NCBI GenBank assembly: GCA_964527595.1 | Contig: CAZGPI010000001.1 | Location: forward strand, 145,145 to 209,144 | Source of the DNA: an uncultured Pseudomonadota bacterium | Lineage (GTDB): Bacteria > Babelota > Babeliae > Babelales > RVW-14 | Length of the DNA stretch: 64,000 nt | Direction of reading: 5' to 3' | Shown: in pieces, positions 46,536 to 55,083 of the stretch | How the letters are laid out: every line of letters begins with the position of its first letter | Position numbering within the stretch: the stretch's first letter is position 1 | Position numbers and translations under genes: made by a program | Notes under the pieces: generated by a model | Told to the model about the DNA's origin: nothing | The model's input: the letters and a program-made list of their open reading frames with translations, nothing else | Database searches by the model: none

Positions 46536-47576
46536 ATGAATAAATTCGTTAAGTTAATTTTCTTTTCATCGTTTTTCTTGGCTCAAGCTTTTATGTCCAA
46601 TATTCAAGCAAAAGCACCAAGAGCCCAATCGCATGCTAACGTTTATCAACAATTGTTAAATTGCACGTTTGAAGACCGACTTGTCGCCGATTGCTCAATC
46701 GTTTTATCAATCAACCCAGAATTAAAAAAAGAGATTCTTGAAGGAGATAATTCTCAACAAACCAAGGATTTCTTCATCGCGGCTCAACAAAATAAATTTG
46801 CCACACTTATTCATCAGCTCTCTCAAGATGAACAAATAAGCCTTTTTGCCCATTGGATTGCAGATGAAATAAAGCAACCAAAAATCATTTCGCTTACTAA
46901 ACAATCTTTGTTCATGTTAACAGACAAGGACGGTGATCTAGAAGCAGATTATCTTTACGCTAAACAGGATGATGAAGAATCGGTTACCGAAGCTGATCAA
47001 GTTTTTTCGAATAGATCAATAGACCCAAATTATTATGACGCAATGCTTACAAAAATTAAAAGCTCATCGGCATTAAAATCGACAAATACTTCAATGGTTT
47101 TATGCCAACCATATCTTTGCCTTATTTCCTTTTTTTTCTTAGGGCAAATAGCTCAAGCATTTTTGGATTTTTTTGGTAAAAATTCTGATAAAAAGCCTGA
47201 GGCTGAGCACTCTTTTTATGACCTATCCTATAATGAACTTTGCCAATTGCTTAATGCTATGAATGGCTCGCTAAATATTCCCCTTAATCAGACAGACAAC
47301 GTTTTGTTCAACTGTTCTTTAAAAAACAATCTTAAGCCGGAAGATTTAAATAACCATAAGATTGCTGATCTACTAAAAAAAGTTGAAGACTGTTTTCATC
47401 GAAAAGAACTTGAAGCAATGGAGAGCGATAATCAATTTGACTCTAGCGACAGCCTCCTTAAAGCATTCAAAAATCAACCGAAGCAAGAACAACTAGTAAT
47501 TTTGATGTATTATTTTTATGGAGCATCTCTCTATAGAATCACTTCATTATATGCCAATGCGCTTGAAACGATGTAA
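46536..47576 (+). CDS. Secreted hypothetical protein
   Basis: Signal peptide 'MNKFVKLIFFSSFFLAQAFMSNIQA'. No assignable motif. Terminator hairpin downstream. Confidence 0.5.
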   Translation: MNKFVKLIFFSSFFLAQAFMSNIQAKAPRAQSHANVYQQLLNCTFEDRLVADCSIVLSINPELKKEILEGDNSQQTKDFFIAAQQNKFATLIHQLSQDEQISLFAHWIADEIKQPKIISLTKQSLFMLTDKDGDLEADYLYAKQDDEESVTEADQVFSNRSIDPNYYDAMLTKIKSSSALKSTNTSMVLCQPYLCLISFFFLGQIAQAFLDFFGKNSDKKPEAEHSFYDLSYNELCQLLNAMNGSLNIPLNQTDNVLFNCSLKNNLKPEDLNNHKIADLLKKVEDCFHRKELEAMESDNQFDSSDSLLKAFKNQPKQEQLVILMYYFYGASLYRITSLYANALETM

Positions 47577-47588
47577 AGACTTAGCCAA

Positions 47589-47624
47589 AAAGGCCGAGAA
47601 CAATTAGAAACGTTCTCGGCCTTT
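47589..47624. terminator. Bidirectional terminator-like hairpin between convergent genes
   Basis: 'aaaggccgagaac-aattagaaac-gttctcggccttt', a 13 bp stem. Confidence 0.7.
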
Positions 47625-47652
47625 AAAGTATCTCTGTTATTCTAGGATCCCC

Positions 47653-47922
47653 TTAGAACCTGAATATAGCGCGAATCTTTCTGATGATATCATCAACACT
47701 TCGCGTAATCCAAGCCAACTTGAGAGCTTCTGCTCCATAATAAAGCAAAATTAAGCCAACAAAGAATAATAAAATGCCAACTATAACCTTATAGGCAAGC
47801 GCAATGGCAATGATACCCAAGATAATTGCGAGCAATCCCTTAATCACATCAGCATTTGGTACACTCGTACCACCTTGTCCAGAAACCCCATTCCCCCGGT
47901 CCTTTTGCATGTCATTCATCAC
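47653..47922 (-). CDS. Small two-TM membrane protein (paralog 1)
   Basis: 'IKGLLAIILGIIAIALAY...ILLFFVGLILLYYG', a two-helix hairpin similar to the next ORF. Confidence 0.5.
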   Translation of the reverse strand: MMNDMQKDRGNGVSGQGGTSVPNADVIKGLLAIILGIIAIALAYKVIVGILLFFVGLILLYYGAEALKLAWITRSVDDIIRKIRAIFRF

Positions 47923-48036
47923 ATCTCCTTTGTTAATGCCTAAACTTCAACCTCCTGCGTCAAAAACAGGCTCTACACTAACCTTAGCAAAAGAAGAGCA
48001 AAAAATTCAATATTAATTTTTAATTGAACGGAATTT

Positions 48037-48261
48037 TTATTTTTTTAAAAACAAAACAAAAACACCCCAAGCTATAAACAGGGCTCCTAAAATAATATGA
48101 AAATACTGAGAAACCAGTTGCCCAATCCAAGGAACGGCTATAATAAGACCGAGTAAAATAAGAAGAACACCCTTAACAATACCCTTCCCCTTGAATTTTG
48201 AAAAACAACAGGCCCCGCATTCTTGTTTTGTTTCTGACGCTGGTGGTTGCATTTGATTCAC
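48037..48261 (-). CDS. Small two-TM membrane protein (paralog 2)
   Basis: 'VKGVLLILLGLIIAVPW...IILGALFIAWGVFVLF', same layout as 47653-47922. Confidence 0.5.
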   Translation of the reverse strand: MNQMQPPASETKQECGACCFSKFKGKGIVKGVLLILLGLIIAVPWIGQLVSQYFHIILGALFIAWGVFVLFLKK

Positions 48262-48414
48262 TTCAAACTCCTTTCATACTTCTCGATAAAAACGCTTATC
48301 ACAACTTTGTTATTCTACTCCTATTGCTTCCAATATATCAAGTTAGTCGGTTGCCTTGACACAGAAAGCACCAATCAACTATCATTTGATAAGGGGAAAA
48401 ACGGGAAAATTCAA

Positions 48415-48422
48415 GGGGGGGG
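48415..48422 (+). promoter_or_regulatory. G8 homopolymer, 2 nt before the ATG at 48425
   Basis: 'caaGGGGGGGGttATGaaactg'. Confidence 0.4.
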
Positions 48423-48424
48423 TT

Positions 48425-49378
48425 ATGAAACTGAAGCGTATTCAGAAAATATCTATTATTCATTTGGTTGTCTTATTTTCTTTTACATTTACAACGGCTC
48501 ATCCATTTCAACAGCCGCCAGAAATCAACGCAATGATCGAAAAGCTTACCGCTCAAATTAATGCACTAAAAGCCAGTGGTCCATTGTCGCCAGAATGCTG
48601 CCAGCAATTGCAACAAGATCTTATGCCAAACCTTAAGCAAGTTATCGGCCAACTTAAAGAATCGACGGCACGGCTAGAAGGCCAACTCAAAGAAAAAGAC
48701 GAAAAAAATGCAGCAAAAAAAAAGTATCTCTTGCTGCTCTTGCTATTATTACTGCTCCTTTTGGGCGGCGTAACGACCACCTGCTGGATGAAGATTACGT
48801 CATTATTCAAAACAACACACGACTCTCAACAACAAGACATCGCCGAAAGGCTCAATCGTTTTAATGATGACTTCCAAGGGCGAATTGCCCAAAGCAACCA
48901 GGCTTGCGCTGCCGGCATTGCTGCAATTGATCGCCAAATGGTTGGGCTTGCCGAAACACAACAAGCAACGCGAGAAGACATTGACGACCTAAATGAGCAA
49001 TTAAACAATCATCGCGAGAATACTCAAACACGATCGGTGGCACTTGAACAGGAAATTGCCACCACCAATCGCACAGTTCAAGAATTGGGTAATCAATTAG
49101 GACAAGGCATAAACGCCACGCAAGAGCAAATCAACCTGCTTGGCGAACAGATGGCGCAACGGCTGGATGAACCTGATGTTAACGCGCAAACAACAACTGC
49201 CCGCCAAGCGGCTCAGGAAAATCCGTCAGTATGCGATTGCGCGTCCAAACTATTCTGGTCAATTTTGGACGCAAGCCCCGGCCTTTCTGGTTTATCAGGC
49301 ATACTTCCAGGGGCCTCTGCGGCAGCATCAGGGCAACCGACCGGAACAGGAAGCGGACAAGGCGGCAAAAAAAATTAA
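48425..49378 (+). CDS. Coiled-coil membrane protein with poly-Leu TM and Gln-rich heptad region
   Basis: ATG at 48425, 2 nt after a G8 tract. Signal-like 'MKLKRIQKISIIHLVVLFSFTFTTA'. TM 'YLLLLLLLLLLLLGGVTTTCW'. Long Q/E/N-rich heptad segment and a Gly/Ser-rich tail. Confidence 0.55.
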   Translation: MKLKRIQKISIIHLVVLFSFTFTTAHPFQQPPEINAMIEKLTAQINALKASGPLSPECCQQLQQDLMPNLKQVIGQLKESTARLEGQLKEKDEKNAAKKKYLLLLLLLLLLLLGGVTTTCWMKITSLFKTTHDSQQQDIAERLNRFNDDFQGRIAQSNQACAAGIAAIDRQMVGLAETQQATREDIDDLNEQLNNHRENTQTRSVALEQEIATTNRTVQELGNQLGQGINATQEQINLLGEQMAQRLDEPDVNAQTTTARQAAQENPSVCDCASKLFWSILDASPGLSGLSGILPGASAAASGQPTGTGSGQGGKKN

Positions 49379-49548
49379 AGATGTCAACAACATTGCCATA
49401 CAAACAGAAATAATAACCACGGCAAAGCAAGAAGAACGCCGAACCGTTTGCCAAATCAATGTTTAACCTGTATAATTGGTATAAATCTATGTTTCTATGA
49501 ATTATCATACGAACAAATAAACCTTTTCACATTTACCGTTAGGCATTT

Positions 49549-50841
49549 ATGTCAAATTACAACAACCAAAAACTCTCAAGAGATACAAACGAATTTTTTA
49601 AGTCACCCTCTAGATCATCCTCATCTAGGCCATCCTCCCCTAAGTCATCCTCACCGAACACGCCGAAAAAAAACACGTCGAGCTTTCGTTCTCCTTTGGG
49701 CCAAAGCCGTAACAATACACGTCCAGCTGCACGTTGGGTTAAAAATTTTAATCCATCCGACTTTATAAAAAAAGTTGAAGAGCAAATTCAATCTCCTGTT
49801 TATGTTCCTACGCACGCATTCTCAGATTTTTTAATTGAAGAACAAGTTAAACAAAATATTATTAAGCGCGGATATACATCCCCTACCCCAATTCAAGATC
49901 AAGCAATCCCGCTTTTACTTGAAGGCAAGGATGTTGTAGGTACAGCAAATACAGGAACCGGAAAAACAGCCGCCTTCTTGATTCCGCTGGTCAATAATCT
50001 TTTAACTAAAAAAACTAAACGCGTATTGATTATTACCCCAACGCGAGAATTAGCCGCTCAAATTTGCAGTGAACTTAAGTTTTTCAAAGAAGGCACTGGC
50101 TTTAAATCGGCTCTATGTATTGGTGGATTAAGCATTAATTACCAGATCGAAAAACTTAAAGACGTTCCTGAATTTGTCATCGGAACCCCAGGCAGATTGA
50201 AAGACCTAGAAATCAATTACAGAGCATTGAATTTTGCTAACTTTACTTCTATTGTTCTTGATGAAGTAGACACCATGCTCGACATGGGATTCATTAATGA
50301 TATGAAGCATATTATTTCAAGATTGCCGCAAAAACGCCATGCGTTATTCTTTTCGGCCACCATCTCTCGCGAGATTAAAGCAATCGTTGATCAAGTTCTT
50401 CGTGACCCAGTCTCAATTAGCGTTAAAACAAGACAAACGGCTGAAAATGTTAACCAGGACATTGTTCGAACAAACAACAAAATTGAAACATTACACGATT
50501 TGCTTATCAAGCCTGGATTCAATAAAGTTATTGTTTTTGCACGAACAAAACATGCGGCCGATAGACTATCAAAAAATTTGAAAATTCGTGGATTCCAAAC
50601 AGCCACTATTCATGGTAATAAAACACAAGCGCAGAGAAAAAAAGCTTTGGACGCCTTTAAAGACAATCAGGTCAAAATTCTTTTAGCAACCGACATTGTG
50701 GCACGCGGTATCGATATCGACAATGTATCGCATGTCATTAACTTTGATCTACCACAAACACATGATGACTACATTCACAGAATTGGTAGAACTGGTCGCG
50801 CTAATAAAGTTGGCCAAGCGTTAACCTTTATCGAAGAATAA
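49549..50841 (+). CDS. DEAD-box RNA helicase with Ser/Pro-rich N-terminal extension
   Basis: Q motif 'PTPIQ', 'ANTGTGKTAAF', 'PTRELA', 'DEVD', 'SAT', 'HRIGRTGRA'. Confidence 0.9.
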   Translation: MSNYNNQKLSRDTNEFFKSPSRSSSSRPSSPKSSSPNTPKKNTSSFRSPLGQSRNNTRPAARWVKNFNPSDFIKKVEEQIQSPVYVPTHAFSDFLIEEQVKQNIIKRGYTSPTPIQDQAIPLLLEGKDVVGTANTGTGKTAAFLIPLVNNLLTKKTKRVLIITPTRELAAQICSELKFFKEGTGFKSALCIGGLSINYQIEKLKDVPEFVIGTPGRLKDLEINYRALNFANFTSIVLDEVDTMLDMGFINDMKHIISRLPQKRHALFFSATISREIKAIVDQVLRDPVSISVKTRQTAENVNQDIVRTNNKIETLHDLLIKPGFNKVIVFARTKHAADRLSKNLKIRGFQTATIHGNKTQAQRKKALDAFKDNQVKILLATDIVARGIDIDNVSHVINFDLPQTHDDYIHRIGRTGRANKVGQALTFIEE

Positions 50842-50923
50842 GAATCAGACCAAATTCATATTTTTGTAATAAAAAGAGAGCCAAAGCTTTACGCTAGAGG
50901 CTCTCTTTTTTAATTTTTGTTCA

Positions 50924-51484
50924 ATGTTTTACGGTAAAAGTGAAACCATGAGCGCTGCTATCTCGTCAAATCCTCTTTCTACGGATGTTAATATGACTGG
51001 TGCGAATTTGACGCGAGCTAACTTTTTGACCGCTAAATTAAAAAAGGCTAATTTGACAAATGCTATGCTCCGAGGAGCAAATATGACAGGTGCTAATTTA
51101 ATTGGGGCAAATATGACGGGTGCTAATCTTGAAGGCGCCGATTTGACCGGAGCTGATTTGGAGGGGGCTGATTTAAAAGGCGCAAATTTGCGAGGGGCCA
51201 TTTTAAATGGTGCAAATCTGAAAAGAACGAATTTGATTGGTGCCTTTATGCCAAATTGTAGTCTAATGGGGGCATTTTTAGCTGGAGCTAATTTGACAGG
51301 CACCATGTTGGATTTTGCTTGTGTAAGCGGGTGCATATTTTGGGAAAATAGCAAAATAGGAAGCAACCTTGAAGCTAAAGTTGAAGGGGCTTCGTTTGCT
51401 GGCGCAATAGGATTAACCATTCCACAAAGAGATTTCTTGTTCGCGGGGAACGCCGTAAATATACCCTTGCTGATGCTTAACTAA
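50924..51484 (+). CDS. Pentapeptide-repeat protein
   Basis: About 20 tandem A(D/N)LxG-type pentapeptides ('GANLTRANFLTAKLKKANLTNAMLRGANMTGANLIGANMTGANLEGADLTGADLEGADLKGANLRGA'). An alternative start exists at 50948. Confidence 0.85.
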   Translation: MFYGKSETMSAAISSNPLSTDVNMTGANLTRANFLTAKLKKANLTNAMLRGANMTGANLIGANMTGANLEGADLTGADLEGADLKGANLRGAILNGANLKRTNLIGAFMPNCSLMGAFLAGANLTGTMLDFACVSGCIFWENSKIGSNLEAKVEGASFAGAIGLTIPQRDFLFAGNAVNIPLLMLN

Positions 51485-51526
51485 ATCCTGATATATCTTT
51501 ATGCTAGACAAAATTCTTTCATGAAA

Positions 51527-51560
51527 AGAAAGCCCGGAGGTATTACACTCCGGGCTTTCT
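51527..51560. terminator. Bidirectional terminator-like hairpin between the pentapeptide gene and rpmE
   Basis: 'agaaagcccggag-gtattaca-ctccgggctttct', a 13 bp stem followed by 'tttatt'. Confidence 0.75.
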
Positions 51561-51593
51561 TTTATTCTTCTATCAAATCGAATCAAGCAGGCG

Positions 51594-51800
51594 TTACTTT
51601 TTTTTGTTTTCGTAACGTTGTTGAAACTTCTCAATGCGACCAGCGGTATCAACAAATCTTTGTTGGCCGGTAAACAATGGATGGCAATTTGAACAAATAT
51701 CAACTTCAATACGAGAAGATGTTGATACTGTTTGAAATGCGTTGCCGCAAGCGCAGCGAACGTCTACTTCAAACAATTTTGGATGTATTTCTTTTTTCAT
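51594..51800 (-). CDS. rpmE: 50S ribosomal protein L31 (zinc-binding type)
   Basis: 'MKKEIHPKLFEVDVRCACGN...CSNCHPLFTGQQRFVDTAGRIEKFQQRY'. Confidence 0.95.
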   Translation of the reverse strand: MKKEIHPKLFEVDVRCACGNAFQTVSTSSRIEVDICSNCHPLFTGQQRFVDTAGRIEKFQQRYENKKK

Positions 51801-51814
51801 GGCAAACCTCTTAA

Positions 51815-52825
51815 TTACTTTATGCCTTTTGTCTTAAGTATCTCTTTTAGCTGTACAATTGTTTTAACGTCTTCTGCCGAAACACCTCGAGCTTTACCGA
51901 GATAATAAGAGGCATAGTCAGACCACAAGATTATATTAAACAATTGTTCCTCAAGAGTATCGCCTAAAACAGGTGGTTTGTAAAGTACAACCCCCTTTTG
52001 CCGTAAAATCTCACAGGTCGCCTCAATGGCTATATTTAAATTTGCAGGTAGAAAATCTATGGAGAAAAAAATCACGCATGGATTGGTATTGCATGATTCA
52101 AAGCCGTTAATCAGATTGTGGTTCAATTCAGGAAAGGACGAGCAAACAGAATGAACCTTACTGTTTTCATTAAACTGAGTTTGCGCTCGATAGGCAAACG
52201 CCGCGCTCAAACCACTAATACCCCAAACATGGAAAAATTCATACCCGTTTACGGCATATAAAAATTCCTTGAAAAACTGCTCATTTTCAAACATTGGTAT
52301 ATAGCGTTCAGCATGACGATAAAAAGACTCAATTTTACGCGCGCCTTCCAATAATCCAAGCGTATTGAAAACTTCCAAAATGAACCCTAAAAAATGCCCT
52401 AAAGCCAGGCGGGGAGCGCCAGACGCCGGAACAAGAGCAAATGGAATATTTTTCTTTTCTGCATACTCAACCGCCTTGCCGCCATGGGCCAAGACAATTG
52501 TTGGAATAAATCTATCGGCAAGTTGAGCCAAAACGCTTAGCGTTTCCCAGGTATTGCCTGAATAGCTTACCACAATTGCCAAGGAATCGGTGCTAATGCA
52601 AGCTGGCAGCTCAGAAGAGTCTATAACATAAGTATTTACACCCTCTTTACTATCTAAAAACGTCTTAACAATGCGTCCAGCAATCCCAGATCCACCCATG
52701 CCAACAAAAATAATGTTTTTAACATGTTTTGGAATTCTTGTCCCATACTGGCCCATAAAATCTTTTGCCAGTTGCGCACCGTCTTTGAGCTTTTGTGGCC
52801 AAAGGCCAAATTCTTTAAGCATCAT
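51815..52825 (-). CDS. Bifunctional phosphoglucose/phosphomannose isomerase (SIS-domain)
   Basis: 'IIFVGMGGSGIAGRI', 'VVSYSGNTWET', and a C-terminal PGI/PMI-type domain. Confidence 0.7.
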   Translation of the reverse strand: MMLKEFGLWPQKLKDGAQLAKDFMGQYGTRIPKHVKNIIFVGMGGSGIAGRIVKTFLDSKEGVNTYVIDSSELPACISTDSLAIVVSYSGNTWETLSVLAQLADRFIPTIVLAHGGKAVEYAEKKNIPFALVPASGAPRLALGHFLGFILEVFNTLGLLEGARKIESFYRHAERYIPMFENEQFFKEFLYAVNGYEFFHVWGISGLSAAFAYRAQTQFNENSKVHSVCSSFPELNHNLINGFESCNTNPCVIFFSIDFLPANLNIAIEATCEILRQKGVVLYKPPVLGDTLEEQLFNIILWSDYASYYLGKARGVSAEDVKTIVQLKEILKTKGIK

Positions 52826-52848
52826 ATCAGTCCTCGCTCGGTTTGGAA

Positions 52849-55062
52849 TTACGCCAATTTAACTTCCTTCATATACACAATAATATCTCGCCTAACAAAA
52901 TCCTCCTTACACGAACGCAATAAAGCGGTAAGATGTTTTTTCGCTTCAGCTTGCTTGCCGGATTCAAAAAGACATCGCCCATAATGAAGTCCTGCATAAG
53001 GATGCTCTCGAGGATGCTCCATACATTGAGCAAATAATGGCAATGCGGCATCAACCTGTTTCATGTTTAACAACGCCAACGCGTAATTATACGCATAGAA
53101 AGCATTGCCTGATTGTTGCTTATAGGCGGCTTCTAAATACTTGCACGCATCTGCATATTTATGCGTAGAAAAATAAGCGGCTCCTAAATAAAAAGCCGAA
53201 TCCCGATAGTTTTTGCACGCAACCGGTTCAAGACTTTGAATAACTTTGTCGAACTTGCCCAAATGGTGACAGACAACACCATGAACATATAGCATCTCGT
53301 CGTCAACCATATCACCGTGCAACGCGCGTTCATAGCAATTTTCAGCTTGTGCCAGCCGACGTGTATTCAAATAGAGGTCGCCCAAGTTTTTCCATGCTCG
53401 GCTAAAATATGGCCGTAAAAAAACTGCTTCTTTAAAACAATGCTCAGCCTGCTCCAAACCACGTTCTTCTAGATGAAATAGGCCCAAATTATTGAACAGT
53501 TCTGGATGAGCTTCACCAATCTCCAGAGCTCTTGTGTAGTGAGCATAAGCCTTATCTCGCAAGCCCCGCATCTGAAATAATGTGGCGAGATTTATGTGCG
53601 GTTCGCCATAAAAAGTGTCAACTTCTATCGCTTTTTCAAAACACTTAATCGCATTCTGCTGATCACCTTTTATATTCAAAGCAACGGCATAATTGTTCCA
53701 TGCTCGCGCATCTAGTGGATTTTTATCAATTACATCTTTCCAGAATGTTTCCTCTGTCTGCCAAGCATTGTTACGCACTTTTGAGCTAACACCAAGAGCA
53801 ACAAATAATAAAGAGCATGCTATAAAATGATGCAAATAGGTACATTGAAATGATTTAAGCGTTTTTAGTTTTCCGCAGAGATAAATAGCCCCATGTAAAA
53901 TCCCTATGGCAAACAGAAAAAGCACACCGAAGGAAGCAATATACGTTTTATAATCACAGACCAATTCGGTCCCTGGGAAAATAGATGCTCGTGGCAAAAT
54001 GCTACAAAAAAACCAAGCAATAGCAAAACTCACCACGTTTACTCGATTTTTAATAAAAAGATAAAGTGCCCCACCAATAATAGTTAATATGGTCAATAAT
54101 GGCAAAATTACATCTATCTCAAAAAATCCACGCGCAAGCTTGTATCCATACTCAAAACACAATCCAAACGGCCAAAAGAAAATGCCCATGTAATGGAGCA
54201 TAACCTTAAATTGAGAAATGAAAAATGTGCCGGTGGTTATAAATTCTGTTGGTTGCGCTGTTATCAAATTGCCACGATTGTTATGCAGAGGCGTCGTTGC
54301 AGCCGCAACAAGGTTTTTTGTCGCAAGACCAAACCTTGATAAATACCAAAACACAATAACGGTCAAACAGCCATGAACCCAAAGGCGTGACGTAAAATCA
54401 CTCCAATCACCTTCAGCAATAAAAAACCAGTCAACCAACATGACCAAAAATGGGAGCGTAACGATAATTTCCTTTGACCCTGCACTAAATGCGGCTAATA
54501 CAAAAGCAAGGCCATAAAGCGAATACTTAAGAATGCTCGAAGTTGCTCGCGCGGCGTAAAGAAATGATAACAACACCGCAAAAACGAAAAACACCACTAA
54601 CCCCTCAAGCCGCATTTGCGTTATGTACGTCACCGTTTGTGTTTGCGCCGGATGAAGTAAAAACAAACCAGAGACCAAAACAGCTAAAGGATAAGCATGT
54701 TTTTGAAGAAAGGCGTTTTTCTTTAAATCTAATAAAAGCTTTGCCACAAAGGCAAAAATCATAACGCCAATAACAATGTGTAATAACACATCAAATATTC
54801 TATAGGCAAACGGATTATCCTTCCAATTAACAAAGGTGTATTGGTTGAGAATACGAGAAATCCATCTCGGCCCATTAAAAAATAACCCGCTTACATCAAG
54901 AGTCCTTGCGTGAATATATTCCAAGATTGTTGGAAAATCGTCAAAAACAAACTGATATCTCAGCGTTGGCCAGTAAATGAGAAACGTAAACAAACTCAAC
55001 AACGCTGGTGGCATAAGCCAATATAGATATGGGTTTATTTTTAGCTTGGTGACTTCTTTCAT
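52849..55062 (-). CDS. TMTC-like GT-C-type membrane protein with C-terminal TPR array (paralog 1)
   Basis: First-loop acidic motif 'LRYQFVFDDFPTILEY', more than 10 TMs, then about 8 TPRs ('AWNNYAVALNIKGDQQNAIKCFEKAIEVD...'). Confidence 0.7.
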   Translation of the reverse strand: MKEVTKLKINPYLYWLMPPALLSLFTFLIYWPTLRYQFVFDDFPTILEYIHARTLDVSGLFFNGPRWISRILNQYTFVNWKDNPFAYRIFDVLLHIVIGVMIFAFVAKLLLDLKKNAFLQKHAYPLAVLVSGLFLLHPAQTQTVTYITQMRLEGLVVFFVFAVLLSFLYAARATSSILKYSLYGLAFVLAAFSAGSKEIIVTLPFLVMLVDWFFIAEGDWSDFTSRLWVHGCLTVIVFWYLSRFGLATKNLVAAATTPLHNNRGNLITAQPTEFITTGTFFISQFKVMLHYMGIFFWPFGLCFEYGYKLARGFFEIDVILPLLTILTIIGGALYLFIKNRVNVVSFAIAWFFCSILPRASIFPGTELVCDYKTYIASFGVLFLFAIGILHGAIYLCGKLKTLKSFQCTYLHHFIACSLLFVALGVSSKVRNNAWQTEETFWKDVIDKNPLDARAWNNYAVALNIKGDQQNAIKCFEKAIEVDTFYGEPHINLATLFQMRGLRDKAYAHYTRALEIGEAHPELFNNLGLFHLEERGLEQAEHCFKEAVFLRPYFSRAWKNLGDLYLNTRRLAQAENCYERALHGDMVDDEMLYVHGVVCHHLGKFDKVIQSLEPVACKNYRDSAFYLGAAYFSTHKYADACKYLEAAYKQQSGNAFYAYNYALALLNMKQVDAALPLFAQCMEHPREHPYAGLHYGRCLFESGKQAEAKKHLTALLRSCKEDFVRRDIIVYMKEVKLA

Positions 55063-55083
55063 AATAACTTTCTCCGCTGTGTT

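Noticed and set aside
49448-49768. His/Pro-rich 106-aa ORF ('HPLDHPHLGHPPLSHPHRTRRKK') overlapping the start of the DEAD-box helicase
   Set aside because: It is an alternative frame of the Ser/Pro-rich low-complexity N-terminal extension of the helicase, which continues in frame into canonical helicase motifs.
50929-51420. 163-aa minus-strand ORF antisense to the pentapeptide-repeat gene
   Set aside because: It is a mirror-frame artefact of the repetitive GCNAAYYTN-type codon pattern ('APxKxAP...'). The sense strand carries the canonical A(D/N)LxG repeats and is followed by a terminator.
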